A stretch of DNA of 64,000 bases from an uncultured virus (IMG/VR IMGVR_UViG_3300043775_002819) (taxonomy: Duplodnaviria > Heunggongvirae > Uroviricota > Caudoviricetes), in IMG/VR virus record IMGVR_UViG_3300043775_002819; one strand, 5' to 3'. This document shows, piece after piece, positions 53,995 to 63,721 of the stretch (its first letter is position 1; each line of letters starts with the position of its first letter). A program made the translations under genes and the position numbers. A model generated the notes under the pieces. The model was not told where the DNA came from. It ran no database searches and was given only the letters and a program-made list of their open reading frames with translations.

Positions 53995-56832
53995 TTAAGC
54001 GGTCTTCATTCCGTCGGGATTTTTAATTGCCGCCGCCACTTTATCTTTATTTAACAATTTTGTGTTTGCCCTTGAATTAATCGCAACATCTATCAACTCT
54101 GAGTCAGATTTCCCTTGTTTTACGGCATCGGTTAATTCATTTGCAAACTTTTTGAAGAAACCAGGTCCATTCCAACACGCATAAGTCATATGAACCAAAA
54201 GCCCTTTGTTTTTCATAATTTTGTCTTTGACTTCTTGGTCTTTAACAAAATTTGACATATTTCTATCAAATGATCTTTTCATTATTTTAGCGGCCAATTC
54301 TTTTAATTCCTCTTCGTTTTCACCACCTCGATATAACCATTTCCATTTTTTACAAAAAGCGTCCATTCCCAATTCTTCTTTTTGGTTGTCTATAATTTCA
54401 AAAAATTGTTTACCCTCAGGGGTGCTTTCTATGTTACCGTTATATCTATCTAACCCGAACATAGTTTCTGTTGATGAACCCATACTTCCCTTCGGGTGAT
54501 TTTTACAAATTCCTAATTTACTTGTGCTCTCATTTTTTGACGTTGATCCGTTCCAATATCCGCCCTCAAAATTGGCAATCACTTTTTTTGTGATTTCCAT
54601 AAAATCTGAATCACTTCCTGATGTTTGAGAAACCGTCGCGGTTGATGTCTGTGTTGATTTAGTATCGTCCTCATCTGATGTTTCTTTGGATCCAAACAAC
54701 GAACCAATCTTGTTTTTAAGTATTTGACTAAGATTAGACTTCAACGATCCAAAATTTAAAATATCACCAACAAGTTGTCCTTGATTTGTTTCTAAAGATT
54801 TGTCGTCGGATAAGTTAATAACTGACGGTTCTGTCGTTTTAGAATATAAACCTTCTGATGTTTCATGTGGTGGATATTTTTCAGGTAAAGTGTATTTAAA
54901 GAAATATTGTCTGATTTTTACTCCTGACTTATTATTAAAGTCTAAAACTTGTGTAATGTTTCTTGCTCCCATTTTTTCTAATTCTTTTTTTAATGGTCCT
55001 ACTTGACCCAACGCTCTAATATCGGCCCCACCACCTGCAGATCCTCTTGTTGAAACTCCCATGTAAGCATTTCCATCTTGACTTTCATCCAAAGTTGCTT
55101 CCCACTGAACCGTATAATTTTTAGAGTCTACTGTTATGTTTATATTCACAACGTCGGGATTGATTCCTGCGTTGTAAATTTCTTTTAACTTTTCTCCAAT
55201 TTTTGTTGTCATTTTACCCCCAAAACCATCTTTTTTTCTTCTTTCAAATGAGTGAAGAGCATCAGCATCCCCTTTGGGTGCTGAATATCCATCTTTAATT
55301 ATTAATGGTAAACTAATTTTTTGTTCTTTTATTAGGTTTTTTGGGTTCAGAAGAATTGATGTTGGGCTACTTAATATTTTTTTTTTAGTAATGTATTTTT
55401 CTTGTATTTTGGTGGAAGACTTTATTTTTTCTTTTAAAGTTTTTACAAACTCAGCCTGAATGTCTTTTAACAAATCAACATAAGATTCTCTAACTCTTTG
55501 TTCAGGTTCTTGGAACTTAGAATTAGAGTATAGATAGTTAATACCAGAAATATTTGTAATACATTTATGTCCTCCTGAATTAGCCATAATAACATCATAA
55601 CCATTTACAGAAGCCTTGTTAAATACTTTTCTATCTTCCGCAGGTATTGATTTGAAAAGTTTTTTTGACATGTAATCAAGATATTTTTCAAGTTTTTCTG
55701 TCCCATAAATCTTCAAAGATGGTGAATTTCCATATATTGCTAAAAAGTCTTTAAATGTAAATCCAACTGAAGTTTTATCAGAGTCCATTTCTGATATTCT
55801 TTTAAGTGTTCCAAATGAAATTCTTTGTTTTTCTAATTCAGGTCTAAACTTTTCTAATACCTCATTTTTTATTTCACCTAAATCAACACCCTTTAACGCT
55901 CTTTCTTTTTTATATGGATTACAAGATGCTTGAACCATTCCCATTGGAAGTCCTGTCACTAAGAACTCAGCGTCAGGATGATTGATGAATGGTGTGTAAC
56001 GATCATATCCACCTGATTTTTGCGTTGGTCCTAATGTATATTGTGAAATAATACCATCTTCATAAGTAACACCTTTTTCTTTTCTTGATTCAATATAGGA
56101 CTCTTGGTTTTTTATCAATTGGTCTATTGACGCATAACCTTCTTTTTCCATTATATCTTTTATATTTAATAAAATACTCTGAAGTGATGGTTTTGCATCC
56201 ATAACTAACTTTTTCAAAAACCCAGGTTTGTTTTTAAACGCTAATAATAACTTGTTAGCAACAAGTCCCATCATTTTTTTATTTTCTTTAACTCCTTTTG
56301 TTTTATCCACTTGGAATAGATATTTCAAAACTTGTTGTGGAGTAATATCATGTTTTGCAAAATCTGCTGAGTCAATCATAGAAATTGTTTCGATATCGTC
56401 TTGACTAAAAATATCTCTTGGTGAAATTGATTGTGAAATTGTTTCAACATTCGATCTTGATGGTTTGAAGTTTGTTGATGTTCCCTGTTCTACACCAGCT
56501 TGAGTGTCGTGGTGATCTGTGTGAATTACAAACATCGGTTTACCGTGAGCAAAATCCACTAAGACTGGCATTATATCACCTTCACCTTCAGGTTTATGAA
56601 TTGCAAACTCTTTTGATCCATATTGAATAATTTCGGCATCAACAACTTTGATTCCGTTGTTTTCCAAATAGTTTTTCATTGCCAATGCCGTGGTAACTCC
56701 ATCTAAATCTTGATGAAAATAGATTTTGGCCATTTGATATCTTTTGGAAAGTTTTTTAATATCTCTGATACCACTTTCTTTAAGTAGTTTTTTAGATTCT
56801 TCAGTTATTACTTGAATTATTAAATCTCTCAT
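53995..56832 (-). CDS. multidomain protein: DHH phosphoesterase N-terminus plus lysozyme-like C-terminus
   Basis: HQDLDG, VDF, TDHH, SGGH; C-terminal FEGGY...ETMFG...YACWNGPG. Confidence 0.7.
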   Translation of the reverse strand: MRDLIIQVITEESKKLLKESGIRDIKKLSKRYQMAKIYFHQDLDGVTTALAMKNYLENNGIKVVDAEIIQYGSKEFAIHKPEGEGDIMPVLVDFAHGKPMFVIHTDHHDTQAGVEQGTSTNFKPSRSNVETISQSISPRDIFSQDDIETISMIDSADFAKHDITPQQVLKYLFQVDKTKGVKENKKMMGLVANKLLLAFKNKPGFLKKLVMDAKPSLQSILLNIKDIMEKEGYASIDQLIKNQESYIESRKEKGVTYEDGIISQYTLGPTQKSGGYDRYTPFINHPDAEFLVTGLPMGMVQASCNPYKKERALKGVDLGEIKNEVLEKFRPELEKQRISFGTLKRISEMDSDKTSVGFTFKDFLAIYGNSPSLKIYGTEKLEKYLDYMSKKLFKSIPAEDRKVFNKASVNGYDVIMANSGGHKCITNISGINYLYSNSKFQEPEQRVRESYVDLLKDIQAEFVKTLKEKIKSSTKIQEKYITKKKILSSPTSILLNPKNLIKEQKISLPLIIKDGYSAPKGDADALHSFERRKKDGFGGKMTTKIGEKLKEIYNAGINPDVVNINITVDSKNYTVQWEATLDESQDGNAYMGVSTRGSAGGGADIRALGQVGPLKKELEKMGARNITQVLDFNNKSGVKIRQYFFKYTLPEKYPPHETSEGLYSKTTEPSVINLSDDKSLETNQGQLVGDILNFGSLKSNLSQILKNKIGSLFGSKETSDEDDTKSTQTSTATVSQTSGSDSDFMEITKKVIANFEGGYWNGSTSKNESTSKLGICKNHPKGSMGSSTETMFGLDRYNGNIESTPEGKQFFEIIDNQKEELGMDAFCKKWKWLYRGGENEEELKELAAKIMKRSFDRNMSNFVKDQEVKDKIMKNKGLLVHMTYACWNGPGFFKKFANELTDAVKQGKSDSELIDVAINSRANTKLLNKDKVAAAIKNPDGMKTA

Positions 56833-56890
56833 ATCATATAAATACTTTAGAAAATTTATTTATGAAAAAAGTAATTTATTTCATTTAAAA

Positions 56891-57118
56891 TTGTATCTTT
56901 GTTGTATGAAGATGAACAAAATTACCGACCGCATTTATGAGTTTATTGACTCACGTTTTGAAGATAGCATGTTTGAGTTTGATGAAGAACCTGATTATGT
57001 TGAAATAGTTGAAGAAGAAAAAAGTGTTGATATTTCCGTTTTGGAGTTTTTCTCTATGTTAAAAATCGGTTTGGATAATCTAACTGTTGAGGAAGCTGAA
57101 GAAATTGGTTTATTTTAA
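56891..57118 (+). CDS. small acidic protein
   Basis: TATCTTTG promoter; start probably at internal Met. Confidence 0.55.
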   Translation: MYLCCMKMNKITDRIYEFIDSRFEDSMFEFDEEPDYVEIVEEEKSVDISVLEFFSMLKIGLDNLTVEEAEEIGLF

Positions 57119-57413
57119 ATTTGTTTGGATGTATAAGATATTTAAATTTTTTCTCATTTATTTATTTGCTAAGGACACTACGACTGCGGCGAAGATTTAT
57201 AATTTGTTATATAATACAAATTTACCTTCACAAACTCCGAGTGTTAAAAAAGTTTTGAACTCAAACACAACTTCCGTCAAAGAGGTAAAGCCTACAACTT
57301 CTAAAAAACAAGAAATTATGGATTCGCTATCTTATTTGAAATCTAAAAAGATCCAAACTAAAAAAGATAAAGAGTCTATATATACTTTGGAGATGGTTTT
57401 AAAAAATATGTAA
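57087..57413 (+). CDS. hypothetical protein
   Basis: ORF; start probably MYKIF. Confidence 0.5.
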   Translation: MRKLKKLVYFKFVWMYKIFKFFLIYLFAKDTTTAAKIYNLLYNTNLPSQTPSVKKVLNSNTTSVKEVKPTTSKKQEIMDSLSYLKSKKIQTKKDKESIYTLEMVLKNM

Positions 57414-57576
57414 CTATTTAATTAGTAATTTAATAAGCTAGTTTTTTCCCTTTGTTATAAGTTTTTTTACTCTCAACTTTTATTTTGATTTTTGGTTCAT
57501 AATTTTTTGGGTAATCTAGGTTCATTTTCCTTCAAGATTTTTCGAATAAGTTTTACAATTACATTCAAATACTTTT

Positions 57577-58809
57577 CTACACAAAAACATAAGGGAGTTC
57601 ATCCCAAGATGTAGTATATTTTTGAGTAATATAGTCTTGTCTCATTTCCCACTCATGAGTTTCATTCTGTGGTGCTTCAACAACTTGGACCTCATCATTG
57701 AATAAAGAGGTTTGAATAATTGTGTCGGGAGTTAGTTCATTAAAAACAATTCCACACTTTTTATATTTTTCAGATTTATTACAAAGAACTTTGTATTGTT
57801 CATGAATCTGAGACCAAATAAGATCGGGATCTCTTGTTGGGGTTTGTAGTTTGATTGTTTTAGAATGGTGATACTTATCTCCTTTATGATAGTTTCCTGA
57901 AACAAATATGGTTGCCTTATTTGCAAACAATTTGTTTTGACTTAGTTTTTTTACACCGTTTTTAATGTAGGTATACATCGCTTCACCCAATTGATCAAAG
58001 TCCTGTACATCTTTTCCAAATGAACGAGTGGAAGCGATATTCTTCTTTGGTTTGGATTTTTTTTGAATTGGAAAACAATACATCTCTGTTAACTCCAATT
58101 GTGTTTTTACACCATTGATATTCATCAACTTTCTAACAGTATATTCGTTTGTGTTAATAAACTGACCTACCGATTCAACACCGATGTTTTTTAATTTTTT
58201 TGCCCATTTTCTACCAATACCCCAAACTTCATCTACATCAATTCCATAACAAATATTTCTAAAGTTTGGTAAGTCCCAGTATGAACACACACCATTATAG
58301 TTTAGCTGTTGTTTAGCTAAATAAGATGTTAGTTTAGCTAAGGTTTTGTTCGGACCAACACCGATAGATACAGGGATTCCAACTTTCTTTCTTACTTCTT
58401 CTTTGATTCCCAATAATGTTTCTGTTAGATCTTCAAGAGGAATGTTTGAAAAATCAACAAAAGCTTCATCAATAGAATACACTTCAATGTCATTTCCAAA
58501 CTCACCAATCACTTTCATAACCCGATCTGAGATATCACCATACAAGTTATAATTTGATGAATAGACGCAAAATCTATGTTGGTCCATGAACTCACGGCTC
58601 TTGAAAAATGGTTCACCCATTTTAATTCCAAGATCTTTTGCTTCTTGAGATCTGGCAATCACACATCCGTCGTTGTTTGATAATACAACGGTAGGTCTTC
58701 CAATTGACTCAGGGTTAAATAACCGTTCACAACTAACATAAAAGTTGTTACAGTCAATAATTCCAATCTTTCTTACATTTTCTTTAATATCCATGTTACT
58801 TTTCCCCAT
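57577..58809 (-). CDS. umuC: Y-family DNA polymerase V catalytic subunit
   Basis: IDCNNFYVSCE, VVLSNNDGC, YSIDEAF, SRSF-like STRSFG, WEMRQ...YTT. Confidence 0.93.
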   Translation of the reverse strand: MGKSNMDIKENVRKIGIIDCNNFYVSCERLFNPESIGRPTVVLSNNDGCVIARSQEAKDLGIKMGEPFFKSREFMDQHRFCVYSSNYNLYGDISDRVMKVIGEFGNDIEVYSIDEAFVDFSNIPLEDLTETLLGIKEEVRKKVGIPVSIGVGPNKTLAKLTSYLAKQQLNYNGVCSYWDLPNFRNICYGIDVDEVWGIGRKWAKKLKNIGVESVGQFINTNEYTVRKLMNINGVKTQLELTEMYCFPIQKKSKPKKNIASTRSFGKDVQDFDQLGEAMYTYIKNGVKKLSQNKLFANKATIFVSGNYHKGDKYHHSKTIKLQTPTRDPDLIWSQIHEQYKVLCNKSEKYKKCGIVFNELTPDTIIQTSLFNDEVQVVEAPQNETHEWEMRQDYITQKYTTSWDELPYVFV

Positions 58810-59090
58810 AAGTTTTTTTGTCCTTTGTATTCTCTAAGTTTGAAGTGTGTTTTTTCTGTTAAAACTACCAAATCCCCATCTTTTGGATCCTCAGTTCGGT
58901 CAATTACAATTGTATCTCCTTGGTTAATTCCAAACACACTTGGTCCTGAATACTTAAAATAAAATGTTGTATAATGATCTTTAACAATTAAGTCGTTTAG
59001 ATCTAACCTTTTATCAACATAGGTTTCTGCTGGTGAAGCAAATCCTGTTGTTGTCGCTTTAATTTGAATTGGGTTTTGATGTCTTAACAT
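58773..59090 (-). CDS. umuD: UmuD-like S24 protein, divergent
   Basis: GFASPAETY...LDLN, GDTIVIDR, WGKVT; directly upstream of umuC. Confidence 0.8.
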   Translation of the reverse strand: MLRHQNPIQIKATTTGFASPAETYVDKRLDLNDLIVKDHYTTFYFKYSGPSVFGINQGDTIVIDRTEDPKDGDLVVLTEKTHFKLREYKGQKNLWGKVTWILKKM

Positions 59091-59144
59091 ATACTAAAAT
59101 ATAGTAAATGTAAATGACATAAAAAAGAAAATATTGAAACTTTT

Positions 59145-59495
59145 TTATTTGTTTTTAACAACTTTGAAAAGTGCTTTCTCAATAGAGAAACCGTTGTTAA
59201 TAAAGTATTTCAAACTATCAACATTACAGTGAGCATAGATTGTTTTTTCTGTATCATGTATTTTTGAATCTCTATAGTTCCAAAGTAATTTGTAGATTCC
59301 CCTATCTCTATACTCTTCTAAAACATAAGCATGGCACAAATAAATAACTGAATCATGTTCAACATAAGAAACAATTCCAACTAACTTGTCTTTGATATAA
59401 CATCCGTAGTAAGTCGCATATTCATCTAAAAGATCTGGTTTTACTTCCTTGAAGTTTTCATAAACTTCTTTATAATTTATTTTAGTTATTTCCAT
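59145..59495 (-). CDS. GNAT acetyltransferase
   Basis: AYVLEEYRDRGIY; NGF. Confidence 0.8.
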   Translation of the reverse strand: MEITKINYKEVYENFKEVKPDLLDEYATYYGCYIKDKLVGIVSYVEHDSVIYLCHAYVLEEYRDRGIYKLLWNYRDSKIHDTEKTIYAHCNVDSLKYFINNGFSIEKALFKVVKNK

Positions 59496-59504
59496 ATATC
59501 AATT

Positions 59505-60074
59505 TTATTTGATAATAGTAACAAAACCTGAAATAACTTTCAATTCATCAGAGTCTAATAAGTCAATTTTCATAATCCAAGAGTATGTTCCATCAGGAAC
59601 AAAACTACCATTATATGTTCCGTCCCAATTTGTATTTGCGTTTTTACTTTGCCAAACAATATTTCCCCACCTATTATAAACCGTAAGTTCAAAGTTTTCT
59701 AAAGAAATCCCACTTGTTATTACTGGTCCCCACGTTTGATTAAATTCATTATTATCGGGTGTAAAAGAATTTGGGACCCAATAAATTAAGGGATCACATT
59801 TTGTTACACTCACATTATACACAACAGGTGGACCTGGACATCCTAAATCATTATAACCAACCGCCACTATTTGATAATCACCAGGTTGACTATATGTAAT
59901 ACTCATATCGTTTCCGTTTCCTAAACTGAAACCATTCAAAAACCATTCAATAGTTCCACTCATATCAATTGAAGTTGAATATGTCACGGTATTTGAACTT
60001 TCACATATTTCAAATTCTTGTTGTGAAAAACAAGTTAAACTAAAAAATAAAAACAAAAACAATAATTGTTTCAT
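59505..60074 (-). CDS. T9SS type-B CTD protein
   Basis: Signal peptide; WVPNSFTPDN..YNRWG..WDG..DGTY. Confidence 0.85.
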   Translation of the reverse strand: MKQLLFLFLFFSLTCFSQQEFEICESSNTVTYSTSIDMSGTIEWFLNGFSLGNGNDMSITYSQPGDYQIVAVGYNDLGCPGPPVVYNVSVTKCDPLIYWVPNSFTPDNNEFNQTWGPVITSGISLENFELTVYNRWGNIVWQSKNANTNWDGTYNGSFVPDGTYSWIMKIDLLDSDELKVISGFVTIIK

Positions 60075-60640
60075 TAGTTATGTGATATTGGTGTTAATGT
60101 TGGTAATGGGTTTACAACTACGTTTATTGTTGTTGAAAATGAACATCCTCCGTTTGAATATAAATAAGATATTGTGTGTGTTCCTGCTCCCGCAGTTTGA
60201 GGACAGAATTGACCATTAACAACACCAGGTCCCGACCAAATCCCACCCGCAGGAGTTCCAACTAAAGGAACACATGGATCTGTTGAACAAAATGGTCCAA
60301 TTTGAGTTATTGTTGGAACAACATTATAAATTAAAACATTTAGGTTAACCGCTGGTGAAAAACACCCTTGAGGACTTGTATAAGTAACCGACACACCATT
60401 ATTGATAAGACCCGCAGGACAATTGGACCAATTGACAAATATTGTATTTGTTCCTTGCCCTGATTGGATTGTTGCACACGCAGGGATTGTCCAGTTATAG
60501 TTTCCATTACCAACTGAAGTAACGGTGTATTGAGAAAGGGTTCCTGATTGAAAACAAATTGTGTCGGGATTGTTTGTTGTTAATTGACCAAAAAGTGTTG
60601 TAGTCAAAAACATGAATAGTAATACAAATAATTTTTTCAT
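60074..60640 (-). CDS. secreted PKD/Ig-like protein
   Basis: Signal peptide; GQGTN, IGPFC motifs shared with 30521..32971. Confidence 0.75.
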   Translation of the reverse strand: MKKLFVLLFMFLTTTLFGQLTTNNPDTICFQSGTLSQYTVTSVGNGNYNWTIPACATIQSGQGTNTIFVNWSNCPAGLINNGVSVTYTSPQGCFSPAVNLNVLIYNVVPTITQIGPFCSTDPCVPLVGTPAGGIWSGPGVVNGQFCPQTAGAGTHTISYLYSNGGCSFSTTINVVVNPLPTLTPISHN

Positions 60641-60649
60641 TTTTTTATT

Positions 60650-61711
60650 TTAATTATGGTTTATTGGACCTAACAATATTTGATTAGGTTGGGTTATAGT
60701 TACAGATCCTGTTGCTGTGCAACCACTTATATTTACCGTTACGGTATATGTGCCAGGACAAAGATTTGATATTGAAGGGGTTGTTTGTCCTCCCGGTGAC
60801 CAAAGAAAAGTGGCCCCTGGTGTTGTTACATTTGAGTTTGCGGTTCCATCACATAATCCAAAACATGTGACATTTGTTGAGGTTGGGTTAACCACCAAAT
60901 TAACGGGTGTGTAAGTGATTGTTAAATATCCGTGTCCTGTGTTGTTTGTGGGTAAACAAGTTCCTCCAACAGGGACAAGTGAAGATCCTCCACCGCCACC
61001 ACCTCCACCGTTAGCACCAGTGCAACATCCATCATTTCCTCCACCGCCACCGCCATAACGACCGCCACCGCCACCGCCACCTGATGCCGTTTGCCAAAAT
61101 CCACCATTTCCACCTTGACCTAATGTTCCTGCTTGACCACCAGGAGGTGTTCCTGCCCAAGGAGCACCACCATTTCCTCCTGCAACTTGTGTTCCTCCTC
61201 CACCGCCAGCACCAAAGGTATTTCCTCCGTTTGCTCCGTTATTACATAAGGCTCCACCACCAGGTGTATTTGTGTTTGATCCTCCACCTTTACCACCACC
61301 CGCTCCTGCAACAATTACTCTATTTGCAAGTGCGGTTCCTCCAATTCTAATATCAGTTGCACCTCCACCACCACAAGAATTATATGTTACATTCGCAGGG
61401 TTAGAAGCATATCCTGTTCCTCCACCATTCCATCCTCCTGAATTATTTCCACATGTCCCCATTCCACCAACATATATATTCAGAGTTTGACCTGGTGTTA
61501 CGGCTATTGTTGCGGTTATTCTTGCTCCGTTTCCTCCAATAGCACCTCCACCTTTTGCTCCTGCGGCGACTACATTGATAGAAGTAACACAAGGTGGAAC
61601 AACCCATGTTTGAACAGCACCTGTATAATTAAAAGTTACGGTTTGAGTTTGTGATAAACTAATGAAAAATAGAAATATAGATACTATAAAAGATATTAGT
61701 TTCATACACAT
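60650..61711 (-). CDS. secreted glycine-rich domain protein with SprB-like repeat
   Basis: Signal peptide; FNYTGAVQTWVVP, GGGGATDIR, NLCPGTYTVTV. Confidence 0.8.
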   Translation of the reverse strand: MCMKLISFIVSIFLFFISLSQTQTVTFNYTGAVQTWVVPPCVTSINVVAAGAKGGGAIGGNGARITATIAVTPGQTLNIYVGGMGTCGNNSGGWNGGGTGYASNPANVTYNSCGGGGATDIRIGGTALANRVIVAGAGGGKGGGSNTNTPGGGALCNNGANGGNTFGAGGGGGTQVAGGNGGAPWAGTPPGGQAGTLGQGGNGGFWQTASGGGGGGGRYGGGGGGNDGCCTGANGGGGGGGGSSLVPVGGTCLPTNNTGHGYLTITYTPVNLVVNPTSTNVTCFGLCDGTANSNVTTPGATFLWSPGGQTTPSISNLCPGTYTVTVNISGCTATGSVTITQPNQILLGPINHN

Positions 61712-61773
61712 AAATACGACAAAAAAATAATTAGGTTTGGGCCAATGAAAGTTTATGATGTTTATGTTATTAT

Positions 61774-63075
61774 TTGAAAGATTTTCACTATATTTGTATT
61801 GTGATTACAGAGAAACTTTCAAACATTCCCCAATCAAGTGGTTGTTACCTTTTCAAAAATGAGAAGGGTCAGATCATCTATGTGGGTAAGTCAAAGTTTT
61901 TACCGAAACGAGTGAAGTCTTACTTTCAAAAAAATCACAAGGATATCAAGACTACTTCTCTTGTGAGTGAGATCCGTGATGTTGAGTTCATGACTACTAA
62001 CGATGAGTCACAGGCTCTTTTGTTGGAGGACGAACTTATCAAGTCTTTGAAACCAAAATACAACATCAAAGCAAAAGACGACAGATCTCGTCGTTGGTTT
62101 ATTACTTTGAGTGATGAGGAGTTCCCTCGTTTACAAGTTTGTAATCCTTCTAACTTTTCAGGTCAGATCCTTCTTGAGTCTACAAGTTCCAACTCTTGTT
62201 ATGAGATCTATGAAATGGTTCACGACATCTTCAATCTTCGTTCTTGTTCTTACAACTTGACTGAAGAAAACATTTCAAACGAAAAGTTCAAAACTTGTTT
62301 GGAGTTTCATCTTGGTCGTTGTAATGCACCTTGTATTTCAAACATTCTAAAGTTCTCCTACAAGAAGATTGTAAGTGAGATGAAAGAAGTATTTTCTTTT
62401 GAGTTTGACAAGGTTCGTAGTCGTTTGAAAAAGTCTATGAAATATTTTTCTGATTCTATGGAGTTTGAGAAAGCTCAAGAGTTCAAAACTAAAATCTCTG
62501 TTGTTGATTCACTTCAAAAGAAACTTGAACCTTTTCGTGTTAGAAAGTATAATGATGTTGCTCGTCAGTTTAAAGAATCTTTGGGTCTTATCAATGTTCC
62601 TACTTTGATTGAGGCGTTTGACAATTCTCACACTAGTGGTGACTGTCAAGTGTCTGCTCTTGTTCGTTACAAGAATGGTAAAACTGATAAGTCAAACTAC
62701 CGTAAGTTTAACATCAAAACTGTTGAGGGTCCTGATGACTACGCTTCATTCACTGAAGTTCTTTCTCGTCGTTTTACAAGACTTTTGAACGAAAAACAAG
62801 AGTTACCTTCACTTGTTGTTATTGATGGTGGTAAAGGTCAGTTGGGTGTTGCAAAACAAGTATTTGAATCTCTTGGTTTGTTATCTCGTATTGATTTGAT
62901 TTCTATTTCCAAAAACGACAAACACCAATCTCAAACAATCCACTTGACTGACGGGTCGTCATTTGATATTCCACGAAATGAGTTTGGATTTTTGCTTGCT
63001 GAAGTTCAAAATGAAGTTCACAGATTTGTGATTTCTTTTCACCGTAAAAAAAGATCAAAAAAAGTTATTGGATAA
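61774..63075 (+). CDS. uvrC: UvrC-like excinuclease (GIY-YIG + UVR + RNase H-like, no HhH)
   Basis: GCYLF..IYVGKS..RVKSYF, IEAFDNSH, DDYAS, IDGGKGQ, EVHRF. Confidence 0.88.
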   Translation: MKDFHYICIVITEKLSNIPQSSGCYLFKNEKGQIIYVGKSKFLPKRVKSYFQKNHKDIKTTSLVSEIRDVEFMTTNDESQALLLEDELIKSLKPKYNIKAKDDRSRRWFITLSDEEFPRLQVCNPSNFSGQILLESTSSNSCYEIYEMVHDIFNLRSCSYNLTEENISNEKFKTCLEFHLGRCNAPCISNILKFSYKKIVSEMKEVFSFEFDKVRSRLKKSMKYFSDSMEFEKAQEFKTKISVVDSLQKKLEPFRVRKYNDVARQFKESLGLINVPTLIEAFDNSHTSGDCQVSALVRYKNGKTDKSNYRKFNIKTVEGPDDYASFTEVLSRRFTRLLNEKQELPSLVVIDGGKGQLGVAKQVFESLGLLSRIDLISISKNDKHQSQTIHLTDGSSFDIPRNEFGFLLAEVQNEVHRFVISFHRKKRSKKVIG

Positions 63076-63721
63076 ACTTGGTATCGTAGTAACCTAAATT
63101 GTTGCCGTATGGATCCCTAAATAGGGGATAATTGTTTAAGATGTTGTCAATTTGGGGGTAAAGATTTTCTGTTTCCCAGTAACTTTCTTTGTCAGGTAGA
63201 AAGTCATTAAGATATTCACTTACAACAACTTTAGGATCCCACCACTCACCATCTTTTTCGGCTCTTACTACTTTCACATTATTGTATAAACCAAAACTTT
63301 CATTATCCCAATAACTTGTTGATACACCAACTGATTCAATAAATAATTTGTATCTTTCATAACCAATAAAAGGAGTTCCTAATGTAAAATTAATCTCTTT
63401 AACGGAATTAAACACTTTTTGAATTCTTGATTTTAATTCTTCATTTAAATAAATTCCTTGTTTAAAGTTTGGTACAAAATACACATCAATTTTTTCATTT
63501 ACAAAATCCCCAAAGTCTTCTGTTTCATCATAAATATAATCCCCAACAATTGGTGAAAAATATGAAACATCATTCGGGTTTTGAACTCTGAAATACATGT
63601 TAGTTCTACCATTTCTTCTAACAGATGGTTCTACTTTAACGGGTGTAACAACCAAACCATGTATGTCCAAAGGATCACCTGCAAAATGTTTGAATAGTTT
63701 TAATATTTTTTCGTTATCCAT
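63065..63721 (-). CDS. hypothetical protein
   Basis: 218-aa ORF. Confidence 0.7.
   Translation of the reverse strand: MDNEKILKLFKHFAGDPLDIHGLVVTPVKVEPSVRRNGRTNMYFRVQNPNDVSYFSPIVGDYIYDETEDFGDFVNEKIDVYFVPNFKQGIYLNEELKSRIQKVFNSVKEINFTLGTPFIGYERYKLFIESVGVSTSYWDNESFGLYNNVKVVRAEKDGEWWDPKVVVSEYLNDFLPDKESYWETENLYPQIDNILNNYPLFRDPYGNNLGYYDTKFIQ

Noticed and set aside
30521..61711. Diversity-generating retroelement acting on the adhesin genes
   Set aside because: No reverse transcriptase and no TR/VR pair differing at adenines was seen
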